A stretch of DNA of 23,053 bases from a bacterium. GTDB lineage: Bacteria > Babelota > Babeliae > Babelales > JAUWHS01. The translations under genes were made by a program, and so were the position numbers. The stretch is from contig JBDRFY010000060.1 of assembly GCA_043818275.1 (NCBI GenBank), positions 1-23,053 on the forward strand. The letters run 5' to 3'. The notes beneath the pieces are model-generated. The model worked only from the letters and a program-made list of their open reading frames with translations, was not told the origin of the DNA and did no database searches. Below, one piece after another: positions 1 through 8,026 of this stretch (the first letter of the stretch is position 1; the number at the start of each line of letters is the position of its first letter).

Positions 1-1306
1 CGCACTAACTTTTGACAATAAAAAAGCAGAAATGTTTGGCAGCAATATCGCGAAAGCGCTTAAACAGCAAGCCAATCCAACGAAATCCTCGATCAAAGAT
101 TCAGCGCTTGTCGCTGGTTTGATTAAGCATGAAGATACCAACACATTGCCTGTTCATGATGATACAGCCGGACCATATTTGGCTTTTCATTCACAAAATG
201 ATGATAATGTAACGGCCAATCTGGGCCCAACGAATTATGTTGTGGCTAATCCAACCCCTCCGGGAGCAAAACTTTCAACGGGTCAAATTCTAGATAGCGC
301 AGCTCCAGGCGTTGCCGGTGGTTGGGATGCAGCCAAGCAAGTTATATTTTTTACAGGAGCTCAGGCAAGCACTGCCGCTGATGTTGATCCGTTAGATTAC
401 ACAGGTTTGAAAACCCCTGCAAATCAGGATACTTTTAATCAATACTGGGTTGTTTTTGGTTACGATGCCGCAAATCCAACAGGCATAGCCGATACAATTA
501 TTAAAGGCGCGGGAAACTGGCTGAAACAATATGATGAAAATCCATATCAATGGTTCGCGAAACGTGATTTCTATTTTGAACCGGACAGACGTCAGGGATT
601 TGGCGACATCGATCTTGATCTTTTCTACGAACACACATTCAGCGATGAATGGATAGCGGAAGTTATGCTTGGCGTCCGTTTCCCAACCGGACCAAGCGAT
701 GATTACACAGGAAATCCTTTCAAAGCGCACGCCGGAAATGGCGAGCACTGGGAAATAAAACTTGGCGCGATGGCAGCCTGGATGCCTCTTGACTGGATGA
801 ACGTCAAACTTGACGGTTATTTCTCATTCGTTCTTGAAGCGACAGAACAACGCTGCGCTGGATTTAAAGGAGCTGAAATTAAAAACATCGGACCTAAAAT
901 TGACGCTGATGTTGACTGGCAATATTTTGTAATCAGACTTGATTTCAATTTATTCCATCCAAAAACAGACGATCTTTCAACAGATATCGGCTATGAATTT
1001 TATTACAAAACACGTGATGACGTAAGTCAAAAAAAGACAAAAATGGCATCCTGGCTTGGCAGACATTGGGAGAATACAGCGGCTACAGGCCAACCAGCAA
1101 ATTATGGTTGGGTAACAAAAGAATTCGATCTTGACAACGGCGTGCTTGAAAGTAACACGCAGGCAATTGGACACAAGATTCGCGGCGAGACATCATACAG
1201 ATTCTCCGACTGGTTTGAAATGTATGGCGGTGGATCATACGTTTTTGCTGGTAAGAATCTTCCAAGAGAAACCGATATGCACGCGGGTATTAACGTAAGA
1301 TTCTAG
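1..1306 (+). CDS. Probable outer-membrane beta-barrel / surface protein, 5'-truncated by the window edge
   Basis: The frame is open from position 2 (GCA CTA ACT TTT GAC AAT AAA AAA GCA GAA ATG), so ATG 32 is probably internal. The C-terminal half has alternating aromatic/hydrophobic beta-strand-like segments and ends in Phe (HAGINVRF), typical of a BAM signal. It is visibly more GC-rich than the rest of the window. Confidence 0.6.
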   Translation, partial: ALTFDNKKAEMFGSNIAKALKQQANPTKSSIKDSALVAGLIKHEDTNTLPVHDDTAGPYLAFHSQNDDNVTANLGPTNYVVANPTPPGAKLSTGQILDSAAPGVAGGWDAAKQVIFFTGAQASTAADVDPLDYTGLKTPANQDTFNQYWVVFGYDAANPTGIADTIIKGAGNWLKQYDENPYQWFAKRDFYFEPDRRQGFGDIDLDLFYEHTFSDEWIAEVMLGVRFPTGPSDDYTGNPFKAHAGNGEHWEIKLGAMAAWMPLDWMNVKLDGYFSFVLEATEQRCAGFKGAEIKNIGPKIDADVDWQYFVIRLDFNLFHPKTDDLSTDIGYEFYYKTRDDVSQKKTKMASWLGRHWENTAATGQPANYGWVTKEFDLDNGVLESNTQAIGHKIRGETSYRFSDWFEMYGGGSYVFAGKNLPRETDMHAGINVRF

Positions 1307-1313
1307 TTTTTTA

Positions 1314-1371
1314 AGCCTCCGCTCACCCTTAGTCCTGAGTTTATCGAATGGTCGAAGGGCCGGCGGGGGCT
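1314..1371. repeat. REP-like GC-rich palindrome (GTCCTGAG..TCGAAGG type), possibly doubling as a terminator
   Basis: Outer stem AGCCTCCGC (1314-1322)/GCGGGGGCT (1363-1371) with one G-U pair; inner CCCTT/AAGGG. The core GTCCTGAGtttaTCGAA resembles the element at 22964-23000. Confidence 0.6.
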
Positions 1372-1456
1372 GTTTAATAAAAGTTTTTTTCCCTTTTTGA
1401 CTGCATGGGAGAAAAACCAAAAAGATTTTATCAAAAATCAACACACAAAAATCATC

Positions 1457-1485
1457 AACCCCCTAATTTCTTAGGGGGTTTTTTT
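1457..1485. terminator. Intrinsic terminator between convergent genes
   Basis: Perfect 10-bp stem AACCCCCTAA/TTAGGGGGTT with loop TTTC, followed by a T-run on +. It abuts the stop codon of the minus-strand ATPase. Confidence 0.8.
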
Positions 1486-2653
1486 ATACGCAATTTTTGA
1501 TTAAATCTTTTATATTTACGAATGAAAGAATCAAATCATCAATTTGTTTTTCAAATGATGTATCGATGTCGTTGGACACAATATAATTTTTGCCTTTAGG
1601 ATAAAAATTACGAAAAGCCGCAAAGTTATCAGCTACGGATTTGATTGATGATGACCCAACATTTGAAGCGAGATTGCTAAATTTACATTCTATGGCAATA
1701 AGATTATTATTTTGCGCGTTTGGCAGAACAAAATCAATTTCATGTCCTTGTTTATCCCGCCAATAATTAATTTTGCGCGTTTGCAGTTGTCCATGAAGTT
1801 CATTTAAAACACAATGTTCCCATAAAATTCCTGAATCTTCTTTTCTTAATTCTCTCCAACCTTTAGTGTGACAAACAAATCCAGTGTCAAAACCGTATAC
1901 TTTTGGCGCCATAACAATTTCTGTTGGCTTGTGTGTTGAATATGGTCTTATGACATGAACAACAAAAGTTTCCTCAAGTATTGATAAATAATTTGTAATA
2001 GTTTGACGGCTGACTTCACAAGGTGTTGCAAATTTACTTGCCTCAAATATTCCTCCACTGTAAGAGAGCAAGAGTTCTGTAAATTTTTGAAATGAATAAC
2101 GTTTTTCAACTTTAAATAATTCCTGAATATCTTTTGCCCAAAAAGCATCAATCCATTCAGTAAAATCTTTTTCAGGTAAATTAGATGATAAAAAGAATGA
2201 AGGAAGGCCGCCGAATAGAAAACGATGTTGAATATTTTCATTGCCGAATAATTTATTTTCTTGTAATAAAAGTGGTGTTAACCAGACTTCTCTTTTTCTT
2301 CCGGTTAACGTATCTTTGAATTTTGCGCTGGCGCCAAGAGTAGATGAACCTGTGGCTATAATTTTAACTTCCGGAAAATGATCAGCCGCTAATTTCAAAA
2401 CTTCTGATGGATTATTTAAACGATGAATTTCATCTAAAACAATTCTTTTTCCTTTTTGTGTCGCTAAAAAACCTTCCGGATCGTCAAATAATTGTCTGAC
2501 CCGAGGACTTTCGCAGTCAAAATATTCAATGTTATCTAGGCTTTTACTTAAGCTTGTTTTTCCTACGCGACGAACGCCCATAAGCCAAATTATATTTTTT
2601 TCTTGCCATAAAATTTCTATCATTTTTTGCCAAAAAGGTCTGTTAATTAACAT
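1484..2653 (-). CDS. AAA+ ATPase (AAA_14) with C-terminal DUF4143/PD-(D/E)XK-like domain
   Basis: Walker A GVRRVGKT, Walker B IVLDE, ATGSS, GGLP, K-Y-FDTG, and C-terminal YWRD..GHEIDFV..IAIECK. Start moved from 2734 to ATG 2653 (MLINRPFW), which follows an AAAAGGAAAATA RBS. Confidence 0.9.
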   Translation of the reverse strand: MLINRPFWQKMIEILWQEKNIIWLMGVRRVGKTSLSKSLDNIEYFDCESPRVRQLFDDPEGFLATQKGKRIVLDEIHRLNNPSEVLKLAADHFPEVKIIATGSSTLGASAKFKDTLTGRKREVWLTPLLLQENKLFGNENIQHRFLFGGLPSFFLSSNLPEKDFTEWIDAFWAKDIQELFKVEKRYSFQKFTELLLSYSGGIFEASKFATPCEVSRQTITNYLSILEETFVVHVIRPYSTHKPTEIVMAPKVYGFDTGFVCHTKGWRELRKEDSGILWEHCVLNELHGQLQTRKINYWRDKQGHEIDFVLPNAQNNNLIAIECKFSNLASNVGSSSIKSVADNFAAFRNFYPKGKNYIVSNDIDTSFEKQIDDLILSFVNIKDLIKNCV

Positions 2654-2899
2654 TATTTTCCTTTTTATATAAAAAGTTACTAATTTAAAACCAAATATAA
2701 CAAAAGGTACAACTAAATGTAAAATATTTAACAAATAGTTAGGTTAAGTGTTAAGTGTGGTTACGTTTGGTAATTTTAAAACTTATGAACATCTTTGGTT
2801 TTTATACATAATCATTGAAAATTAACCCTGTTTTTTATACATTCAATTTAAATAATGCAAGTTTAAAGTTTTAAAAATGGTTAAAACAAGGATGATTTT

Positions 2900-4249
2900 A
2901 TGAAAAGAATAATCGATTATTTTTTATTGGAATGGAAAGACAGGGTTAACAGAAAACCGCTTTTATTGCGCGGGGCAAGACAGGTTGGAAAAACCCATGC
3001 TGCCCGTGAACTTGGCAGGCAATTTCAAAATTTTGTGGAAGTTAATTTAGAATCAAATGAATCAGCCAGAAGAATAATAGAACAGGATCTTGATCCAAAA
3101 AGAATAGTTTTTCAATTGTCTGAATTATTGCAGGCGCAAATTTTACCAGGTTCAACACTGTTATTTTTAGATGAAATTCAAAGTTCTTTAAATGCGATAA
3201 CATTGCTTAGATATTTTTATGAAATAATGCCGGATTTGCATGTTATTGCCGCCGGTTCTTTGCTTGATTTTGCGATTGAACAGGTTGGAATTCCTGTTGG
3301 AAGAGTTTCATCTTTATTTATGTATCCATTATCATTTATAGAATTTTTGGTGGCGATGGGGCATAAAGGTTGGGCAAAATTAATAATTGAAAATGATATA
3401 AATAATCAATTAAGCGAGCCTTTGCATGAAAAATTATTAACTTTGACAGGTGAATATATTGCCATTGGCGGGATGCCTGAAGCGATAAATGAATGGATAA
3501 GAACAAAAACTTCCAGATCATGCAAAATAGTACATTCTGATTTGATTTTTAATTATCAGCAGGATTTCGGTAAATACGCAAAAAAACATCAGATCAGGCA
3601 TTTAAATATTCTTTTTGATAAAGCGATTGATCAGGTTGGCAGAAAGTTTATGTTTAGCCGCGTTGGCGAATATCAGAAAAGAGAATTGGAACCCGCTTTG
3701 GAATTACTGGAAAAAGCTGGCTTATTTCATAAAGTTACCCGCGCTTCCGGTCAGGGAATTCCTTTGGGCGCGCAAGCGGATTTAGATAATTTTAAAATCA
3801 TTTTTTTGGATGTTGGTTTAAGTTCTGCTTTATTAAAACTCGATATAAGTTATTGGTTTACCGATCCGATAGCTGCTCTTATAAATAAAGGGGAAATTGT
3901 TGAAGCGTTTGTGGGCCAGGAAATTTTAACTTATTCAGATCCAATAACCAAAGAGTCTCTTTTTTATTGGCGAAGAGAGAGTAAAAATAGCCAGGCAGAA
4001 GTCGATTACCTTGTTCAAATTCAGGACAAAATTGTTCCGATTGAAGTTAAGGCCGGAAGAAGCAAAAGAATTAAAAGCATTCAAATATTTTTAGATTCGC
4101 ATCCAAATTCGCTTTATGGCATCAGATTTTCTTCAGATAATTATTCTTCATATCAAAAAATTAATTCTTATCCGTTGTATTCGGTTGCAAATCCATTTAT
4201 TAAAAAGTCTGAAAGTTTTGCTAAAGCTATTTACAGTTTAATTGAATGA
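2900..4249 (+). CDS. AAA+ ATPase (AAA_14) + DUF4143, long type
   Basis: KPLLLRGARQVGKT, LFLDEIQ, HVIAAGSLL, YPLSFIEFL, GGMPEA, DVGL, and C-terminal EVDY..IVPIEVK. RBS AAGGA upstream. Confidence 0.92.
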   Translation: MKRIIDYFLLEWKDRVNRKPLLLRGARQVGKTHAARELGRQFQNFVEVNLESNESARRIIEQDLDPKRIVFQLSELLQAQILPGSTLLFLDEIQSSLNAITLLRYFYEIMPDLHVIAAGSLLDFAIEQVGIPVGRVSSLFMYPLSFIEFLVAMGHKGWAKLIIENDINNQLSEPLHEKLLTLTGEYIAIGGMPEAINEWIRTKTSRSCKIVHSDLIFNYQQDFGKYAKKHQIRHLNILFDKAIDQVGRKFMFSRVGEYQKRELEPALELLEKAGLFHKVTRASGQGIPLGAQADLDNFKIIFLDVGLSSALLKLDISYWFTDPIAALINKGEIVEAFVGQEILTYSDPITKESLFYWRRESKNSQAEVDYLVQIQDKIVPIEVKAGRSKRIKSIQIFLDSHPNSLYGIRFSSDNYSSYQKINSYPLYSVANPFIKKSESFAKAIYSLIE

Positions 4250-4295
4250 AGAGCGTCAACTTAATTTTTATGGGTTTTTTAGGCTTGTTAGCTTT

Positions 4296-4391
4296 CGCTG
4301 CTTTACAGCTTCAATCGGGCCTGTCCCGCCAAAGCTGCAAAGCAGCGGAGGAGGACTTGTCCCGCCAAAGCTGCAAAGCAGCGTCGGCGGA
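4296..4391. repeat. REP-like cluster: two 26-bp direct copies plus one partial inverted copy
   Basis: TGTCCCGCCAAAGCTGCAAAGCAGCG is identical at 4322-4347 and 4358-4383 (period 36). Each copy has an internal GCTGC-AAA-GCAGC hairpin, and the second closes with CCGCC..GGCGG. A partial inverted copy CGCTGCTTTACAGCTT lies at 4296-4311. Confidence 0.8.
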
Positions 4392-4400
4392 TTTAGAAAA

Positions 4401-4422
4401 TTTATGCCAAATATGATAAATT
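4401..4422 (+). promoter_or_regulatory. 22-bp element, copy 1 (putative extended -10 promoter or operator)
   Basis: TTTATGCCAAATATGATAAATT, identical to 7199-7220. It contains TGaTAAATT/TATGAT and ends 35 bp before the MNT start codon. Confidence 0.5.
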
Positions 4423-4457
4423 GGATTTATTGTAAAAAAAGTTAACGAAAGGATTTT

Positions 4458-4778
4458 ATGATAAATGACGAAACGATAGAAGATGTAAAAAATCGGTTAA
4501 TAAATGTTTACGATCCTTTGGCAATTTATCTTTTTGGTTCTTATGCGTGGGGGACTCCAACAGAAGATAGCGATCTGGATATTTTAATTATCGTAGCGCA
4601 TTCAGATGAAAAAATACATAAAAGATCTTTGCCCGCGTCTTTGGCTTTGATAGACATGAAGATTCCAAAAGATATAGTTGTTTATACAAAAAATGAATTT
4701 GAAAAAGTATCAGGCGATGAAACAACGTTGATGTATAAAATAAAAAAAGAGGGGACGAAAATTTATGCGAAGGCATGA
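4458..4778 (+). CDS. Minimal nucleotidyltransferase (MNT) antitoxin
   Basis: YLFGSYAWGTPTEDSDLDIL (GS-x10-DxD), a third Asp in PKDIVVY, and C-terminal EGTKIY; 106 aa; RBS AAAGGA. Confidence 0.9.
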   Translation: MINDETIEDVKNRLINVYDPLAIYLFGSYAWGTPTEDSDLDILIIVAHSDEKIHKRSLPASLALIDMKIPKDIVVYTKNEFEKVSGDETTLMYKIKKEGTKIYAKA

Positions 4779-4854
4779 AGTTTGGGAAGAAGTTTTGAAT
4801 GCTTTGAAGCAGGCAGAAATTTGTTTGAATTTTATTAAGAGTAAGATTGGATAA
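4765..4854 (+). pseudogene. Internally deleted HEPN toxin remnant (29 aa)
   Basis: The ORF overlaps the MNT stop as HEPN partners typically do: MRRHEVW|EEVLNALKQAEICLNFIKSKIG*. This looks like a HEPN N-terminus fused in-frame to a HEPN C-terminal helix, with the core missing. It is absent from the supplied ORF track. Confidence 0.7.
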
Positions 4855-4899
4855 ATTTTATCAAAAATCAACTATGTATTGTTAAAAAATGAGGGAAAA

Positions 4900-6576
4900 A
4901 TGAAAAAAAAATTGCCTGTAGGAATTAGTGATTTTGAAAAGCTTATATCAAATAATTATTATTTTGTGGATAAAAGCTTATTTATAAAAGAGGTTCTTGA
5001 CAGCGGCGCAGCCGCAACCCTCATTCCGCGACCAAGAAGATTTGGAAAAACGCTAAATCTTTCAATGTTGAAATATTTTTTTGAAAAACAGGAAAAAACG
5101 AAAAAACATCTTTTTGATAATCTTGCGATATCAAAAGAGCTGGCATGCATGGATGAACAAGGCAAATATCCGGTTATTTTTTTAACATTTAAAGATATTA
5201 AAGATATGAATTGGGATGAATGTTATGAAAGCATGACTAAAATAATTGGAAAAGAGTTTTCAAGACATAAATATTTATTGGAAAGTTCTGTCTTACAGGC
5301 TTTTGAAAAAAAAGAGTTTACACAAATAATGGATTCAACTGCCAATATTTCTTCTTATAAAAGAGCCCTTCAATTACTTTCTTTTTATCTAAATGGTTAT
5401 CATAAACAAAAAACAATAATTTTAATTGATGAATATGATGTCCCAATTCACTCAGGATTTATAAATAAATACTATGATCAGGTTACAAATTTTATGCGCA
5501 TTTTTTTAAGCGGAGGCTTAAAGGATAATTCAGATCTTAAATTTTCAGTTTTGACTGGTATTTTAAGGGTATCTAAAGAGAGCATTTTTAGCGGATTAAA
5601 TAATCTTAAGGTTTGCGCTTTATTAAATGATTTATATTCTGACAAATTTGGATTGCTGGAAAACGATGTCCAAACGTTAGTTGCCTATTACCAACTAAAT
5701 TCAAACTTTGAACAAATAAAAGAATGGTACAATGGCTATGCAATTGGTAATAACACTATTTATAATCCCTGGTCTATAATAAATTTTGCGGACAATAAAG
5801 GGGCATTTCAGCCATACTGGATTAACACGAGCGACAACCTAATAATTCAGGAATTAATAAAAAATGGCAGCGATGAATTAAAAGAAGACATGGAACTTAT
5901 TTTGTCCGACAAGAAAGTTAGCAAGCCTGTTTATGAGAATATTGCATTTCAAAATATTTTTCGAAATACCGATGTTTTATGGAGTTTTTTATTGTTCAGC
6001 GGTTACCTGACTTTTGAAAATAAAGAACTAAGAGACGCAAAAACTCATGTTGATTTAAAAATTCCCAATGTTGAAGTTAAAGATTTTTTCAATACAGTTA
6101 TTTTAGACTGGTTTTCCTGTATTGGAGAAAGAAGGTATAACGAAATTTTAGAAAGTTTAGTTACGGGAAATATTAAAACCTTTTCAATAACATTCAAAGA
6201 TTTTGTTGTAAAGAGTTTTAGTTACTTTGATGTTTCTGGAAATGAGCCTGAGAAATTTTATCACGCGTTTGTTTTAGGAATTCTTGTCAGTTTAAATAAA
6301 ACGCATCAAATAAAATCTAACCGTGAAAGCGGTTATGGAAGATATGATGTAATGATTATTCCAAATGACAAAAATAAACCTGGGGTAATTATTGAGTTTA
6401 AAAAAGTATATAAAGATGAAAATGAGACCATGGAACAAGCCGCAAAGCAGGCATTGCGCCAAATCGAAGAAAAAAAGTACTGGCAGGAATTAAATGATAT
6501 GGGTATTAAAAATGTTGTTAAACTCGCGATTGTTTTTGATGGTAAATCAGTCTTGATTAAAAGTGATATAAACTAA
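4900..6576 (+). CDS. AAA-ATPase-like + PD-(D/E)XK nuclease (DUF1703/PDDEXK_9) protein
   Basis: LPVGISDF..YFVDKS, RPRRFGKTLNLSML, ILIDEYD, WYNGY, YNPWS, IPNVEV, EKFYH, NRESGYGRYD..IIEFK, ALRQIEEKKY. Start set to ATG 4900, after a GAGGG RBS. Confidence 0.93.
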   Translation: MKKKLPVGISDFEKLISNNYYFVDKSLFIKEVLDSGAAATLIPRPRRFGKTLNLSMLKYFFEKQEKTKKHLFDNLAISKELACMDEQGKYPVIFLTFKDIKDMNWDECYESMTKIIGKEFSRHKYLLESSVLQAFEKKEFTQIMDSTANISSYKRALQLLSFYLNGYHKQKTIILIDEYDVPIHSGFINKYYDQVTNFMRIFLSGGLKDNSDLKFSVLTGILRVSKESIFSGLNNLKVCALLNDLYSDKFGLLENDVQTLVAYYQLNSNFEQIKEWYNGYAIGNNTIYNPWSIINFADNKGAFQPYWINTSDNLIIQELIKNGSDELKEDMELILSDKKVSKPVYENIAFQNIFRNTDVLWSFLLFSGYLTFENKELRDAKTHVDLKIPNVEVKDFFNTVILDWFSCIGERRYNEILESLVTGNIKTFSITFKDFVVKSFSYFDVSGNEPEKFYHAFVLGILVSLNKTHQIKSNRESGYGRYDVMIIPNDKNKPGVIIEFKKVYKDENETMEQAAKQALRQIEEKKYWQELNDMGIKNVVKLAIVFDGKSVLIKSDIN

Positions 6577-6636
6577 AATTTAATTCTTGTCGTTTGCGTT
6601 TGGGTTATTGTAAAAATTTTATGGGAGGAATTAAAT

Positions 6637-6858
6637 ATGAAAACGTCTATATTGTCTACAATGGTTCCGCAATATATTGTTGATAGCAATGGTAAAAAAA
6701 CTAGCGTTGTGCTTGATTTAAAAACGTTTGCTTCGTTAGTTGAAGAATTAGAAGATTTGTATGATATTGCGCAGGCAGAAGAAATTCTGGCCCAGGGAGA
6801 AGAGGAAGAGGGTCGCTCAATTGAAGAAATTGAAGATTCTTTAAATAAAAAGAATTAG
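6637..6858 (+). CDS. Type II antitoxin (RelB/Phd-like)
   Basis: 73-aa acidic protein with QYIVDSNGKKTSVVL..ELEDLYD. It ends 5 bp upstream of a RelE-like toxin; RBS GGAGG. Confidence 0.8.
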   Translation: MKTSILSTMVPQYIVDSNGKKTSVVLDLKTFASLVEELEDLYDIAQAEEILAQGEEEEGRSIEEIEDSLNKKN

Positions 6859-6863
6859 AAAAA

Positions 6864-7151
6864 ATGCATTCTAATCTTTCTAATTATAAAATAATTTTTT
6901 CCAGGAGTTCGGAAAAGTTTTTAGAAAAACTGGATGAACAATCCAGGATATCTATTCTTAAAAAAGTAAAAGAATTAAGGGATAATAGTAAGAATTTGGA
7001 CATTAAAAAACTTAAATCTAACTTTAAATTGTACCGTTTGAGAGTTGGAAATTTTAGAGTTGTTTATTCAGTTAAACATGAACGCGTAATTATTTATATT
7101 GTTGCTATTGATTATAGAAAAGATGTTTATAAATCCTTAAATTTAGCATAA
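6864..7151 (+). CDS. relE: RelE/ParE family toxin (mRNA interferase)
   Basis: Basic 95-aa protein: YKIIFS..EKFL..DIKKLK..YRLRVGNFRVVY..IVAIDYRKDVY. Confidence 0.88.
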   Translation: MHSNLSNYKIIFSRSSEKFLEKLDEQSRISILKKVKELRDNSKNLDIKKLKSNFKLYRLRVGNFRVVYSVKHERVIIYIVAIDYRKDVYKSLNLA

Positions 7152-7198
7152 ATTTTTATGATTAACTGATTGTAGCACTTGGAGCATTATTTATAAAT

Positions 7199-7220
7199 TT
7201 TATGCCAAATATGATAAATT
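7199..7220 (+). promoter_or_regulatory. 22-bp element, copy 2 (putative extended -10 promoter or operator)
   Basis: Identical to 4401-4422; ends 42 bp before the Fic start codon. Confidence 0.5.
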
Positions 7221-7262
7221 AAACCATAATAGTTTTAGAATTTTTAAATCTGAGAGATTATC

Positions 7263-8012
7263 ATGGAAAAGTTATTAAAAGAATTACAAGAAAAAAAGGA
7301 CAAGATAGATTCCTTTCGGCCCTTGCCCGCAGAACTGGTAAAAAATTTAAATGAATGGTTTAAAATTGAACTTACTTACTCATCAAATGCTATTGAGGGG
7401 AATACCTTAACCCTGAAGGAAACGGCTTTAGTTGTTGAAAAAGGTTTAACAATTGGAGGTAAAAGTGTTTGCGAGCACCTCGAGGCAATAAATCTTGCGT
7501 TTGCAATTGATTATATAAAAACGTTGGTTGATCAAAGTAAACAAGATTTAAGAATTAACGATATTTTAAATATTCATCAATTAATTCTTAAAAAAATTGA
7601 TGATAAAAATGCAGGTAAGTTTCGAAATATCGCGGTAAAAATTGCCGGTTCAAAGGCTGAACTTCCAGAACCGATAAAAGTTCCTGAATTAATGGAGGAT
7701 TACATAAATTGGTTGCATGAAGTTAAAGGAAATATTGTAAAAATTGCGGCTGATGCACATCTTAAATTTGTTATGATTCATCCGTTTGTTGACGGTAATG
7801 GGCGGACCGCAAGATTATTATTAAATTTATTGTTAATGCAGCAAGGTTATCCACCAGCATTAATTTTAAAAGAAGAGCGACTGGAATATTTAAAATCAAT
7901 AGAATTAGCTCAATTGGAAAATAAACATGATGATTATTACAAAATTATTTTTGGTGCTGCTAATAGAAGTTTGGACATTTATTTAAAAGCAATTGAAAAA
8001 TCTAATTTATAG
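7263..8012 (+). CDS. Fic family AMPylase, class II (N-terminal autoinhibitory motif)
   Basis: Canonical HPFVDGNGRTAR Fic motif; inhibitory (S/T)xxxE(G/N) motif SNAIEGN near the N-terminus. Confidence 0.93.
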   Translation: MEKLLKELQEKKDKIDSFRPLPAELVKNLNEWFKIELTYSSNAIEGNTLTLKETALVVEKGLTIGGKSVCEHLEAINLAFAIDYIKTLVDQSKQDLRINDILNIHQLILKKIDDKNAGKFRNIAVKIAGSKAELPEPIKVPELMEDYINWLHEVKGNIVKIAADAHLKFVMIHPFVDGNGRTARLLLNLLLMQQGYPPALILKEERLEYLKSIELAQLENKHDDYYKIIFGAANRSLDIYLKAIEKSNL

Positions 8013-8026
8013 AAAAAAGGTGAGTT

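Noticed and set aside
1235..1444. 69-aa minus ORF containing PFDKLR
   Set aside because: Translation of the REP palindrome, overlapping the OMP gene antisense.
1709..1783. 14-bp repeat ATTTTGCGCGTTTG at 1709-1722 and 1770-1783
   Set aside because: Inside an intact CDS, in different frames, with only two copies; probably chance.
2654..2734. Longer ORF-track starts (2734, and likewise 4879, 19616, 21593)
   Set aside because: Downstream starts (2653, 4900, 19619, 21605) have proper RBS spacing and match family or paralog N-termini.
4322..4383. 26-bp direct repeats with 36-bp period as a mini CRISPR array
   Set aside because: Only two copies, a 10-bp gap too short for a spacer, an inverted copy alongside, and no cas genes; fits a REP.
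4242..4445. 67-aa ORF (PVPPKLQSS repeated)
   Set aside because: A read-through of the REP cluster and promoter region, with no RBS or protein signature.
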